Positions 1 through 13,449 of a DNA stretch of 64,000 nt are shown one piece after another. A model generated the notes under the pieces. It ran no database searches. It was given only the letters and a program-made list of their open reading frames with translations, and had not been told where the DNA came from. The stretch spans positions 35,094,001-35,158,000 of the forward strand of contig CM052818.1 in the NCBI GenBank assembly GCA_028534125.1, read 5' to 3'. The DNA comes from Lama glama. Its lineage: Eukaryota. Position 1 is the stretch's first letter. Each line of letters starts with the position of its first letter. The position numbers and the translations under genes were made by a program.

Positions 1-2023
1 TTCCTCTCACTAGCTTGGGCTTCCATGGAAGCGGCCTGACCTCCGGGCCTGGAGACAGTGTTAACAGAGCTAGCGGACGCAGGAATGTCAGGGCTGCCCC
101 GAGGAAGACCATGGCGATGTGAGACTGCTTCTGTCTCTGGCACAACGACTCTATTTAAAGCGGGAGACAGACTGGCCTGGTGAGAGCGCCCTCAGTCCTG
201 GAGATGCCCGGATGAGAGGCAGAAAGGGGAGGCCCTCCATGGACAATGCAGCCTGACTGTCAGCTGCGTGATCTATTTATTCTGCAAAGCTCTCCTAGTT
301 CTTCCATCCAACACAGGCTGTGTGCAAAGCACGTAGCAAGCTTATTAAATATCATGACGTAAAGAAGCCCTAAATGAAACTCTCACCAAATCCCTACGAG
401 CTGAATTGAAAACCAAAGTCAGAGAAATTCAAGAGAAGGAAAGGCACTTTGGTCAAGACATATACTTATACCATTAAGGTTTGGGGTCAAGAAAAATTTC
501 ATTATTGCAGGCCAATATGTCAGAGGCAAGTGTAAGCAATGAAATAGTCTCACGAAGCTTTTATTAAAGTCTTCTGTGTGTTAGGGAAGTGCTATGGAAC
601 ACTTGGCATCAGCCAGTAACAAAAGGTTTTAAATGAAGAATGATGCTTCGTAGAACACAAAGTTCTTTTTTAACTACAAGTACTACAAATGATTCTGATT
701 AAGGTACTTTCTGTTGTGCATGGCTTTTATGAGAGGCGTAACATCTGCAGGTGGGCTCAGACAAACTGTTACATCCAAGAGTCTGTACCAGCACCTCTAA
801 CATCTGAAATAAGTTCCAAGTAAAAGACTGCATTGGAAAAAAAAAAGTGTTTTGCAGATTTCAGATCAGATGTTTGCACATTTTAAAATCAGATCTCATT
901 TCTAAGAAAAGGCATGTAGCTCATTCAGCCAAAGGGACATGAAATACAGAATTCAAAGGGTTCACGCCGCAAGTTGAATCATCACCTAGCCCATATGAGT
1001 GGGGACATGATTCACACATCCTGTGTTTGGTACTGACTAGTGGATATTCAAACTTCATCATCAACAAGTGTACGTACTGACTGACAATCTACTAGGATAA
1101 GGTGAATGAGCATGAAAAAAATAGCCCTGAATTTCACAACACATCCTGGCTTTTCTTCAGAGGGGTATATCTCAACACAGTGGTCTGCTTCAGAACCCAG
1201 CTATGAGACCAGGAGCTCCCACCTCTACCCAGATGCTGGAGGAGAGAGAAGTAGACTAGAATCCAATGCAATGCTTCTGGAAAGCAGTACAGAAGGCAAA
1301 GAAGTACAGAGGTGGGAAACCAGGGCTCTTGAAGCCAGGAAAGTTAAGGCTGGCCATTTCTATTCTTTCTGTGCTTGTTACCCACAGCTCTGTCCCCACT
1401 CCCCTGGTTCTTCTCCCTCCCTCATTCCGTCTCTCTCCTTCTGGCTTTAGTTTATTTTGCCTCCCTCCTCTGCATCCTCTGGTTTGTCCAAAATTTTATT
1501 GCTTTGCTGCACATATGTGGAAAAAACCATCAGATCAAAAACCAGTCACTCTGGAAGCCCGGACCGCCCTAAAGACCAAATTGGATTAATTATGTCCAGA
1601 CAAGCTTTTAAAACACTTTTAAAAGAAAGAAAGAAAACCAAATGAACTGAAAACTTGGGTTCAATGGACTTGAGATAATGTGGCTCATTTGCATATTTTG
1701 TAGGTTTTTGAAGGGTAGAAAAGACAAGGTCTTCCAGGAGCTTTTTATCTGAAAACTTCCTTCTGTAAGAGAATCAGTCAGCTAGAACCTCACCAAATGT
1801 AGTTATAGGGCTGAGTACTCTGAAACAGACCCCCAGGTCAATTCTCTCTGCTCCCAAGAGGAATGTACTTCTGGATGGAGAAGTTGGAAGAGCCTAGTCT
1901 AACACGGGCAAGAAGCACAGAGCATGAAAAGGACAGTTTTTCTAAGACTCGTAAGGTGGACACGTTTCTCTCCCTTTGTAGTCAAAAATAACAGATTGTG
2001 GACCAAGCAAGTCCCTTCCAGAC

Positions 2024-2239
2024 CACGGTTTCTCAGTCTTGGCACTTTGAAATCGGGGGCCAGGTAAGACGGTGTTGGAGGCTGCCCTGGGCCCTGTAGG
2101 ATGTTTAGGAGAATCCCTGGCCTCCAGCCACTAGATGCTAGTAGCATCCCCCCAAAGCCAGGTTGTGACAACAAAAATGTCTCCAGACATTGCCAAATGT
2201 CCCCCGGGCAGTCAAATCAACCCTGGTTGAGAACCACTT
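2024..2239. mobile_element. MER20 hAT transposon
   Basis: GGTTTCTCA...TGTAGGATGTTTAG...CCACTAGATGC...TGACAACAAAAATGTCTCCAGACATTGCCAAATGTCCCC...GGTTGAGAACCACT. Confidence 0.9.
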
Positions 2240-3074
2240 TTTTAGAGAAGGGAATGGAATATTCTGTTCCAAAATACACACAGAAGATCTTAAGTGTGTT
2301 TAAATGTTTAGGGAAAGATGATAGTTTAGGGGGAAAATATGATAGCTTAACATTCATAGCTTCCAAGCTGCTCCAAACTGTTATTTCTGCTAAACTATAA
2401 GCTTAATAAGGGTGGAAACAGCATGTATCTTGTTTACCGCCATAGTCCTAGGACCTGGTATAGTGTCCAGGACGTAATAGATGCTTAGCAAATATTTGTG
2501 GAGTGCACCATTTAAGGAGAAAACACTATGCCAAGCACCAAGATACGTTCAAACGTTAACCCTAATCCTCACAACAACACTAACAGAATAGGCATTAAAA
2601 GTAAAGCTCTTCAGTAAAGCAAATTCGCATCATTGTTATTTGACTCCCAATTCCCGACCTTCTCCCAGCCTCTGTTCTCAAATGGGATGAGCTTAAGTTC
2701 TTACCAACCAGAGTGGGGAGGGCTGCAACTTTCTCTGAGGAGGTAGGGAAGCAGAGAGCTGGTCCCTATGTCTTCAGTATTCTTGCAGCCACATTTCCCT
2801 GGATCCAAAAGATACAATGGCTGCCAGGGAACTGGGAGATTCCTGGAATTATTGCCGCTGTCCTGGGAACTTTAGCCAGCCACGGGACCCATACTTGTCC
2901 CATCAATATTTAAACCAGAGTAAACAATGCCCAGGTAGCACCAAACCACAGCTGAGACAGGAAGTGACTTGGTTCACATAGCCAGAGCCCAAATCCATTA
3001 CCTCTCAAAATGAGGAGATTAGAAGATTGACTTCCTTTGCCCACCCATCACCTTATGGTGGGGAGGGGTCTTCC

Positions 3075-3210
3075 TGTATCACCTCCATGGTACAAATGAG
3101 GAAGCTGAGGTTTTATGAGATTGTGTGCCTTGTTCAAATCACAAAGCTGCTATATGGTAACCCAAGATTTGAACTATGTAGGGCTCCATACTCTTTCCAC
3201 ACATGCTCTT
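3075..3210 (-). mobile_element. MIR SINE
   Basis: Core ACAAATGAGGAAGCTGAGG...TTGTTCAAATCACAAAGCT...AGATTTGAAC. Confidence 0.7.
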
Positions 3211-4873
3211 CCAGAGCGAAGCTGGTGATGGTCATTCCTGCATTCCATGTGTTATAATTGCCTTGAATGGTTTGGCGTCGGGGGGCGGGGGGTCACATTT
3301 TCAGTTGTGTGGATTGGGGAGGGACAGATGAACAGGACCTGGTTTGGAGTTAACAGCCTCAAAGTTATGCCAAGCTAGAGTGCGGCAGGCATAGCAGGAT
3401 GAAGAGCAGGCAGGACTGGACTGGCCTGGGAAGAACAGGCAGAGGCAAAAAATGCAGGTCTATTGTGGAGATGAACAAGGTGAGGCAGGACCCAGACCAG
3501 CTGCGTGCTCATCACTCCTGCAGTGCACAGGACCACTTAGTGGATCACTGCCTTTTAAAGAGGCCTGAGCAGGATGCCTGGTATCAGATAAAACAGGGGT
3601 CTTGGCAACTGGCCCTCCTCTCTCCCCTGGAGGAAGGCATAGTGTTGGGGAGCAAGCCTGTTAAATTATATGCACATACATATGTTTGCAGGGAAGGATG
3701 CCAGCTGGCTACTGGAGAAAGCTAGTGTTTCTTACACATACCCTTTTTCATTTTTTAGAACTCTCATTCTTTAAAAAGATGTTGTGCTTTGGGCAGTGCG
3801 GTCACCAGTCTCATTAACTGTGTCCCTGAGTGATGCCAGAGGCTACATACCAAGAGTCTAGCTGGTTAGAGAAGCCAAGCATATAAGCATTTCTGGCAGA
3901 GATGGTTGGAGCCAAGATGTTTTACTTCAGGGAAGAGCCATGTGGCCCAGTGACTCCATCTTCCTTAACCAGGAATCCCACCACAGGGAAGAAGCCAGGT
4001 CAGCTTTGGGAGATGTAAGCTGAGCCAATAGAAAATCAAACAGAAACACAGTCCAAAAGGGGAGGCTGGTGTCAGGACCCCCAGACGTAAGCCACGGGGG
4101 TGGGTTCTTCCCAGACAAGAGAGCAGGTCTACTTGATATGAAAAGACCAAGCGGTAGACAGAGCAATGACATGGGATGGGGTTCACCTTCCCCTCCACTG
4201 AGATGGAGCTGCTCTTTAAGACAGAGGAGATACACGGGCCTGGCAGGACAAGTCTCTGCACTCCTAACCTTCACATCAAACTATGTTCTCTCAATTCTGC
4301 AGAGAAAATGGTCTTTAAACAACTGTACCTGTTACATCCTTTCTCTTCATAGTATGAACTCATGTCATATATTACATATTAAAAGTATTTCCTATTACTC
4401 CACTAATCAAATTCTGATGCAGAGGAACCCAAATGCTAGGTCCTTCATTCTCATTTATTTTTTAAGGAATGGAGAGTTCGTATATATATTTTAAAATGTA
4501 TTCAGATACTTATCGATATTTACTGTGTTCTAAGGTTTGTTCGAGACCCTAGGGACATAAGACACAGGAGGCTCCTGCTCTTGTGGCGTTGACATTCCAA
4601 TGGAGAACAGGGGAAAGAAACCTACAGGTAAACAAATAACAATCATTCTACATAGGGATAATCATACCCCTGAAACTGACACAATGCTTTACAATTTCCC
4701 AAGTTACACTCACTGCTCTATACAGTATCGTGAAGCTCATTTTATTGATACTCTCTTTCTATTCCTTGGAGTCCTCGAGTGTGAACCTTAAATGCTCATC
4801 TTCCTCTTTTCAGCAGTGGCACTTAGCTCTTAAGCTGTTACGTTTTCAATGGACTAGGTTTGGGTCATATTTT

Positions 4874-4909
4874 TTCCCAGCAACGTTAAATTCCCAGCAA
4901 CGTTAAATT
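4874..4909. repeat. Perfect 17-bp tandem duplication
   Basis: TTCCCAGCAACGTTAAA x2. Confidence 0.95.
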
Positions 4910-5040
4910 ACATGAACGATCAATGAGTCAGTTCTGTCATCGATTTGCTGCAGTTGTTAAATAGGCTAGAAATCCCAGGGAAGAGCTTTTAGGATAAGCA
5001 GGCTTTCTTGTTATGGTGAAGACTTTGACATTCAGCATGT

Positions 5041-5506
5041 TGTAACAGGCTGAATAATGGCCCCCTGAGCTGTCCACACGCTAATCCTTGGAACATGTAA
5101 ATGTTACCTTGTATGACAAACGGGAATAGGGACTTTGTGGGTGTGACTGAGTTAAGGATCCTGAGCTGGGTGATCTGGATGAGCCCAATGTCATCACAAA
5201 GGGCCTTAGAAGAGGGAAGCAGGGGACTGAAATGGGGAGGTGATGGGATGATGGAAACAGAGGGGGAAAAAGGCTACGTGAGGTGGGACCCCCAGTCAAG
5301 GAATGAGCATAGCCTCTAGAAGCCGGAAAGGTAGAGAATTCTCTCCTAGAGCCTCCAGAAGAAAATAGCTCTGCAGACCTTGATCTCCAGCCCTGTAAAA
5401 CTTATCTGAGACATCTGACCTCTAAGACTGTAAGAGAATCATTATGTGTTATTTTCAACAGCCAAGTTTTGGTAATTTATTACAGTGGCAATAGGAAACC
5501 AAGACA
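5041..5506 (+). mobile_element. MLT1 (MLT1C/D-like) solo LTR
   Basis: TGTAACAGGCTGAATAATGGCCCC ... TTCTCTCCTAGAGCCTCCAGAAG ... GGTAATTTATTACAGTGGCAATAGGAAACCAAGACA, with TG...CA ends. Confidence 0.85.
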
Positions 5507-8500
5507 TGCGTGTTTTCATCTAGACCTCCGAGGGGAAAACGTAGGAATCCTTCTCATTCTGGTTCCATCTCTTCTGTCTGATTGCAGAGTAGCCCGAATT
5601 TGGAAAGCTGGGAAAAACGACGGGGTTCTCTAGAGCGCGAGGTCATGGGAGAGCAGGAATCTAATCTCCTTTTTCTCCAGCAGCTAACATTAATCCTCTG
5701 CCTCCTGCCTTGTTTTAAAGTCTCTCCTCTTTGCCTCTCTCTGCTCTCAGTTGAGAGACACTGCACTGAACTGGACTGGCTAGACTGGTCTGGAAAGACC
5801 AGCCTGAACTAGTCCCGGTATCTGTTCCCCAGCAGCCAGTTAAGGGCTCTGTAAGGAATAAAGGAGTGAGGAAGACACAGGGAATTCAACCTATCACCAA
5901 GCATTTACTGAGCACCTACAGTTTGCCACACACTGTATTGATACGAGAGAGCCAGGTACTGAAGCATATTTTCTGACCTTGAGGAAAAACAGATGTGCAC
6001 ACAATTAATTACAAAACAATATATAAAATTCCATAATAAAGGATCAGATTTGCCAGAGGAACACAGGGCAGGGATTAATTCTGACTAGCAGATTAGAGGT
6101 GGCTTCCATGTAAGAAATATCTGATTGAGGCTTTGAAGGGTGTAGAGAATTTCAACAAGAAGAAGAAATACAAGTTCCAGGCAGAGGAGGAAGCCGTGAA
6201 AATGCATTGTTCCGCAGCTGCAGTCCTGCCTCACCCAGCCTCTCTTTCCGTTACAGGTGCTTCTGCCCCTTGTGTGACTCCATTAACAAAATAACAGCAA
6301 ACTTCATAGAGAAAGAATGTGCGTAGGTGTCACACACAAAGGACCGTGGAGACCAGAAATTGGCCATGTATGATAAGGGACAATTTCCTTCTAAACATAG
6401 AATTACTGGCCTCAAATTGGCAGCCACTCAGCCTTCTTTAATTTCTTCTGATGATTCTAAATCCAACTTTTAAGTCTTATTCCCTATTAATATACAACCC
6501 CATGATAGTTGAACATTTCTCCCTCTCTATGTATGATATGGAAACCACTATATAACTGTTCAGAAATGTACTTTTAAAGTGAGTACAAGAAATTTTACAG
6601 GGAAAAGGGAATTTGATAAATATCTATATTGTATGTATCACTAAACTTTTCTGGCTTTTGTCAAAAAAAATCAAAAACTAACTTATCAAAGTGAGGCTCC
6701 CACCCTCCCACAGAGACTGGGAGAAGGGGCCCTGTCTTCAGGTGTTGCTGGAACAAACTGTAAATTCCTTTGGCAGCCCTGAGTTTTCTCAGGCGGGCAC
6801 TTTAAGTGGAGCCTGGGTCATCCTAAGAACGTGGCCTTGAGTTGTTAGAAATGATGTTAGTGTTTGTTCAAGTCTTTATAGACCAAGCTTGAGGCCCCAC
6901 TGGGAAAGGGCCCAGAAGAGCCTGGCTGAGTCTGGTGAAGGAGAGAATGATGTCACCATTCAGATGCAATGTCTCATCCCTGATGACTTTTCTGGGGCCA
7001 CATCCCAGTCCTTTCAGGGACCTGCTTCTATTTGTTGCTCTTGGGAGCCCTGAAATACCTCTGTATTCCCAGTATAAATTTTCCTTCACTGAAGTGAGTC
7101 GTCTGGAATTCTGTCCTCAGAAGGAAGCAGTCCCTAACCAAGACAAGTCACATTCCCTGCATCAACGGCGTCCACATACTTGTCATTTTTTTTAATGGTT
7201 CAGTGGCCATTCCTTCAGGTTAATGTCTCACAGCCTGTTTTGCAATGACTTGGGCCATTTCCAGTTTTTTTTTATGCTTATTGATAGAGCTACAAGGAAC
7301 AAACGTGAGTTATCTTTTCCTCCTTAAATGAGGTCAAAAGTGTGCTGAGTTTAGAGCTCTGGTTACACTGCCACCAGATTCCTCTCTGGCTAAAGTGTCA
7401 CCAGCCACATTTCAGGGCAATGGGGTTTTCCCACAGCTGCATTTAAACAGAGTTTCATTTTTATTTATTTTGGTCTGTGTAATGATGCCTTGGAATTGTT
7501 CCATTCATTGGTATTTTTAAATTGCTAACGTGGTTTGATGAGGACTAAATTAGAGTATGTATCTGTACAGGCCTTGGCACAGAGCCTGGCACCTAGTAAG
7601 CTGTTATTATTATTGACCTTATATCTTTGGGACTTTTCTTACGGACTTGTGTTGAGGGTTGCTTCTCCTTTTATCCATGTGGCAGCTGCTTTCCAGTCTG
7701 TGTGCTGCCTCCGGGCTCCGGGCTCCAGGCTCTTCCCTTTACTTGCTCTGTTAGTGATTTCATTTAGTCTCACGTCTGTAACACTGTCTGCAGCTCAGAT
7801 GCATACCCCCGGCCTGGACCTCTCTCCCATACTCCACGCATGTCTAACTGCCTATTCAGCATCTCTGCTTGGATGTGGCATCTCAGACTTAACCTCAGAC
7901 ACTGATCTCCTGCTCCGTGTGAAAGCGGCTCCTCCTGTCTCAATGAATGGCAACACCATCCTCCCAGTGCTCAAAGTTTGATCCCATTGCACATCTCTTG
8001 TCAGGTTCCCAAATTACCAACTCTGTGCTCAGAAAGAGGAGCCTCAATAGACCTTATCACCTTAAAGCTAGATGTACAATGTGCATTTTTCATTTCAGTG
8101 CATCACTGTTTCAAGTTTTATCTGTAAGCCAGCAACCTTTTGTTTACTCAATCACCTCCATTTTATAGAACCATCTATAAGACCGGTGGTTGGGATTAAC
8201 TCAATGATAGAGTTTTTATATCTTTAGGATTCCTAGGGATTGGAAGAGCCAAAGGCAGAAAAAGGAAGCATCACAATGAGACTGAACCTCCTATTGTTTC
8301 CCTCTGAAGCAGGTGCTTTTCTTCACCTTCTCCCAATCTCCTCCCCACAACACCCAACATCATGGTGGTGCTAATGCTCTTCCAGTTCACAGGCGTTCCC
8401 CCATGTATCCCATAGGGGTTGGCTTCCTCTCTCCCACAGAGTCCTCCAAGTCTCTCATTATGCCTCAAGCACTAGCATTCCCTCCTACTGCCCTCTTTTC

Positions 8501-9924
8501 CCAGGGGAAGATGATTTTGCTGTCTCCCTGAGTTCACTGTAGGAAAGCTTGACATTCAGGTTACTGTTTGTCTGATTGCATTTCTTTGTATAAACACCAC
8601 TTGTTTATGCAATTCCATCCTGGGGTGGCCGGCCCCCGGCATTTCCACCCTATGATATTTATAGGCTGTTATCACAGCTCCTCTCACCTCACTGGCTGTG
8701 AAAGGAAGTTGGCACTTTCAAGCTTACTTCTCCCTTCATCCACATACTGGCAGAGGCTGGAAATCCAGCCCGCAGGAGTACAGCGTGGGACGAGGCATGA
8801 ATCAACTCACAGCCCAGCTCAAACGGAAATTGTCCAAATAAAAGGTCAGGGCTTGAGCTTTTTACACGCCCTAGTCCAGACATTATCCCTCTATGCTGTC
8901 AGTAGAGCACCTCCCAGCCTGCTGCCTTGGCAGCTGCTAAGGGGCTGCTCATCTTCACCTGCATCTGCATCAGGCCATTAACAAGCTGCTTAAACGGGTA
9001 GCTGGGGCTCTGGCTGCAGAGAACAGGCTGCGCTCGGAGCTGCCAGCCAGCCTGTCTCTTGTGGACGTCACGGGGGATATTTTTTGACCTTTCAAGTTTA
9101 GTGAATATTCAGCAGTTACATACAGTTCAGTTATTGTAGGTTTCAGTCCTGAGTATGTTTATCATCTTGTAATTCATAGAAGGAAAAGGACAGCAGAAAG
9201 GTAACTTTTCATTAACTGATAGCACATCTTAAAATAAGTTTTTAAGAAACAGGTCATCACAACTCGAGCAAGTTTTATTTTTTGCATATTATCTTATCTT
9301 TCATATTTTTAGCTATAATGATGTAGGTATTTTCTAAAGTTCATAACACATGTTACTTAATAACACTTTATAAATACTCCCCTAAGTTTCTATACAAACT
9401 TTATAATACTTTCAATGACTACCTAATTCACTGAGTTGATGTGTATCACAGATAACATAATGTTTCCTTACTTGGTGCAATTTTAGATTTTCGCAGAAGT
9501 CATTTAGTTGAAGGCAGTACCCCACGGGGGGCTGGTGAGGGGTACCACAGAGAGGGGTTCTGGTGTCTGCTGCCATGTGAGGTAACAGGCACCTTGGAAG
9601 GGTGGGCTTCTAATACAATGCCAACAACAAACCCCTCACCTACTTCATCAGAGTCTATTCCTGGTTCTGTATACATTGATGCATGTTTGTCATTTTTTAA
9701 AGAAAAATATATAGAGAAAAAAATGTTGAAGCCTGTCTTTAGCACTGGATCAGTCAAGTGGTGCCCAGCGCCCAGTGGTCTCCAAATGGTGAGACGTCTG
9801 TTGGGCCCCACGATGAGCACGGCTGCGCTGGCATTTCTACCTGGGGGATGAGAGGTGGGTGGTGTGCCAACTTATTTCAGCCACAGCACTTGGCCCTGCC
9901 CAAGCACCCGGGCTCATCCTACAG

Positions 9925-10100
9925 GTCTGTGATTCTCAGATTTCAGTGTGAAACGAGCCCTCTTGAGGAGGAGTGCTGGAAATGCAGGTTCTTAGTCCCC
10001 ACCTCTGGAATGGAAGGTCTGGGTGAGGCCTAGGAATCAGCATTCTTGATAAGTCCGCCAGTTATCCTGACACCGTGGTCAGCGGACATGAGACACACTG
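9925..10100. mobile_element. MER5-like hAT remnant
   Basis: GTGATTCTCAGATTT...AAATGCAGGTTC...GGTCTGGGTGAGGCCTAGGAATC.GCATT. Confidence 0.6.
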
Positions 10101-10456
10101 CCTTAGGACATAGCCCAGGACTGGAAAACAAGACTGTTTTCCAATTGGAACCTGTTCCCGATGCTGCAGCTGGGTCCCACCAGTGCTCTCTGCCTCGTTC
10201 TCAGGAGATGGAGCTCTGCCCGGCTTCCCCACCCGCCCCAGTCCTGGCTGGACTGCGCTACTGGCTCACAGAGCCCCATGACACCGCCTGCTGGAATGTG
10301 GGTCACAACCTCTGCATCATGACCACGGTTGCGCTGCCGGCTGTGAGCGGACTCACCAGGTGACTAATTGAAGTGACTCCCACCAACCTGCAGCGTCTCC
10401 TGGCTCCTCAGCCCCGCCCCTCCCCGCACATGTGGGCCTTGCCCTCTCACCTGCTG

Positions 10457-10576
10457 CTGGGTCCACTCCATAAGCTACCTGCACGCCACCCCTCCCCGGG
10501 CGCGTCTGACCTCTGGGTCCACTCCATAAGCTACCTGCACGCCACCCCTCCCCGGGCGCGTCTGACCTCTGGGTCC
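10457..10576. repeat. Perfect 56-bp tandem duplication
   Basis: CTGGGTCCACTCCATAAGCTACCTGCACGCCACCCCTCCCCGGGCGCGTCTGACCT at 10457 and 10513, then CTGGGTCC at 10569. Confidence 0.97.
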
Positions 10577-11385
10577 CACTTCCTCTCAGCTGGGCCCATC
10601 CTGCCTCTGAAAGAGTTGCTCTCCAGTCAGAACTCAGAACAGATGTTCGGGGAGCTGTAATGAATGCCGCATTGGGCAGCTGCTGAATCTACTTTCAGCT
10701 CCCATTTTTCAGCCTTCCTGAAAAACAGCAGGGGCGTCCGCCTCTCAGTTATCTGGATCCCTCCTGGATCACCTTCAAGTTACACCTCTCCAGGTCTCCA
10801 TGGTTCCCTGGTCTGTACTCCAGTCCAGGACGTTATAATATCTCTGGGCTTAAGAAGTCCAGGCTGCACTACCCAGGGGTCTCTTGCTGTTCTCAGTCAT
10901 CAGCTCCCAACATTTATAAGCAGATGAACATGAGGTGAAATATACAGAGTTAGTGTTCTTGTCAGTCTGCAGACCAAATGAACGCGATATATTTAATGAT
11001 GACTTCTAATTTTTCTACTGTATAGTATTTAATGACGAATAATAAGTAATAGACTCTAGTTACAGTGATATATTGCTCATGACTCAGATATGTATTTGTA
11101 AACGAAACCTAAACCCTGACTCATAAACCGACAAAGTAATGTATTGTCTGTACCTGCAGTTGGGCATGCTTCACCACTAGGAGGCAAAGGTGCAGTGTTT
11201 CTGCCTTTTCATTTTTTCTGGGCAGCTTAAAGCTACCTGGGAAGGCGCCAGAGAGCAGAGGGGTTCCAGGCTCCCCAAGTTCAAAAGAGGAGAGGCAGTG
11301 AAGGAAGCCACTGAGATTGGAAACAAGGGAAACTGACGTTTACTGATGGTCTGCTGTGCTCTACATTCTGTGTGAAGCACTTATT

Positions 11386-11489
11386 CTTCTTTTTTTTAAG
11401 TTTATTTATTTTAATGTAGGTACTGGGGATTGAACCCAGGACCTTGTGCAAGCTAAGCAAGCACTCTACTACTGAGCTATACCCTCCCC
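11386..11489 (-). mobile_element. tRNA-derived SINE (camelid vic-1-like), inserted in a MIR
   Basis: Minus strand GGGGAGGGTATAGCTCAGTAGTAGAG (A box) ... GGGTTCAATCCCCAG (B box), A-rich tail. 15-bp TSD TGTGAAGCACTTATT at 11371-11385 and 11490-11504. Confidence 0.9.
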
Positions 11490-12094
11490 TGTGAAGCACT
11501 TATTTAATCCCTGTAGCTACCAAGTTTATAGATTAGAAAACTGAGAATCGAGGAGGTAACATGACCTGCCCAACAGAGCTAAGACCAGTGGAGCACAGAT
11601 TTGAACAGAAGGCTGTCTTGACTCCAAAGTCTGTGCTTTGATTACAAATAGTACCAGAAAGGAAAGTCTAGGGTGCCTCACTAAAACTTGGCTTTATTAT
11701 TATTATTATCTTTTACCAATGACCAGCTCTGTTCTTATCGTCTGTGCCCAATCACAGCTGTTGGTGAACTTCCTGCTTCACATAACTGTCTGTGTGTGGG
11801 TGTTTGTCTACCAGGAACAGTGCTTTGGAAGGTTGGCATGGCTCCTTTCTTCCCCCAAATTAAAACAGCCAAGTGTTCTAGCATCAGGCCTTGAGTCCTA
11901 AAAGACTGACCAGAATCCCAACCTAGGGCTCCAGAAATGGGTAGGGCCGAGTGTCTGGAATGCCATCCTGCCCTGTCCAGGCAGAGGTGTTGGTGCCCAG
12001 GTCTCCTTGACCCAAGCTTTCCCATGTCTGTACCACCCTTTCTGGTCAAAGTTGCATTGGTCTATTTTCATTCAATTATGTATATCATGTAAAA

Positions 12095-12670
12095 AAACAT
12101 ACTATGGACAGCTCCTCTTCTTGGTATATACCCAAAAGAACTGAAAACAGGAACTGTGCTGGTATTTCTATCCCAATAGCTACAGCAGCATGATTCACAA
12201 GAGTCAAAAAGGTGGAAACAACGCAAGTGTCCATTCACTAATGAATGGACAAACAAAATGTGCACGGATTCAATGGAATAAAAAGGAAGGAAATCCTGAC
12301 ACACGCTACAGCATGGCTGAACCCTGAGGACATCATGCTAAGTGAAATAAGCCAGACACAAAGAGACAAACGTTGCATAGTTTCACTTAATAAGATTCCT
12401 AGAGTAGTCAAATTCAGGGAGACAGAAAGTAGTATAGTTGTTACTGGGGCTGGAGGGAGGGAGTAACGGAGCGTCAGTGCTTAATGGGTACAAACTTTCG
12501 GAGGGGGATGATGGAAAACTTTCAGAGATGGACGGTGGTGATGGTTGCACGATAATGTGAATGTACTTAATGCCACAAAACTATACACTTAAAAATGGCT
12601 AAAAAGGTCAATTAGGTCAATTTCCTGTCAAGTTTGGTTAACTGAAAATTTAAAAAATTAACAAAAATCT
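12095..12670 (+). mobile_element. Old L1 (L1MB-like) 3' end
   Basis: GGTATATACCCAAAAGAACTGAAAACAGG...GGAAACAAC.CAAGTGTCC...ATGCTAAGTGAAATAAGCCAG...GATGGTTGCAC...ACTTAAAAATGG. Confidence 0.85.
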
Positions 12671-13449
12671 CACTGAAAATCTCAGTTCCAAGTTAGTAGT
12701 GTCCTGTCCTTTAAAGCACCCTTGTGTCCCACTGATAGCAGCCGAGGGAAAACAGCCGCAAATGCAAGAAGAAGCCCTGTTGTCTGGCTTGGCAAATAGG
12801 AGACCCCAGAAAAGGCTGCCCCCGGCCCGCGCTCACGCGCTTGCTCTCTCTCTCCTCTCTCTCTCTCCCTCACTCGCATGTCCTTGGAAGCTCTTGAGAT
12901 CCCCTACTGTCCCAGCCTTCCATTAGTTAGACGTGTGTCAGCCCCCAGCCTGGATGATCACCGTCATGTGCTGCTTCTGCTTCTGCCAACTTTGCCGGGA
13001 AATCTGCGTGCCAGCTGGAGGCACCTCTGATTCATGCTCTCAAACTCATCAGGGACTTCTGTGCTGCTTGGAAATCCCATGTTTCCCAGCTCAAATGGAA
13101 TCAGTTTTCATTGTGACTCTTCCCAATTCTTTCTGCTTTCTTTAAGCTTGCCGTTTACTCAACATCCGTGTCATGCCCACAGCAAAATATCTCCCTTGCT
13201 CCTTACTAACTTCATTACATTCTTCTCCATCTGGTCTCCACCCGCCCTTTATGTTTTGCTCAGAGCTGATGCTCCAGGGCTGTGAGCAGCTTCTAATGAC
13301 CATCCTTTATTTCAACCCAGCACCAATGAATGTATATTTACGGGTTCTGAATAAAGTTTGTCTGAAGGAAAGTTTCTATTAAGAAAATTTTAAACAGCAT
13401 TGCCTGGAGGATCAACTGTCTCTCTTTGGATAGAGCTGACCTCACCAGT

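Noticed and set aside
1..9000. Possible 3' end of the neighbouring gene (ASXL2 is upstream of DTNB in human)
   Set aside because: No ASXL2 coding sequence or clear terminal exon is recognisable; treated as intergenic.
10457..10576. Direct repeats as a CRISPR-like array
   Set aside because: Only two adjacent copies, no spacers, and a mammalian context.
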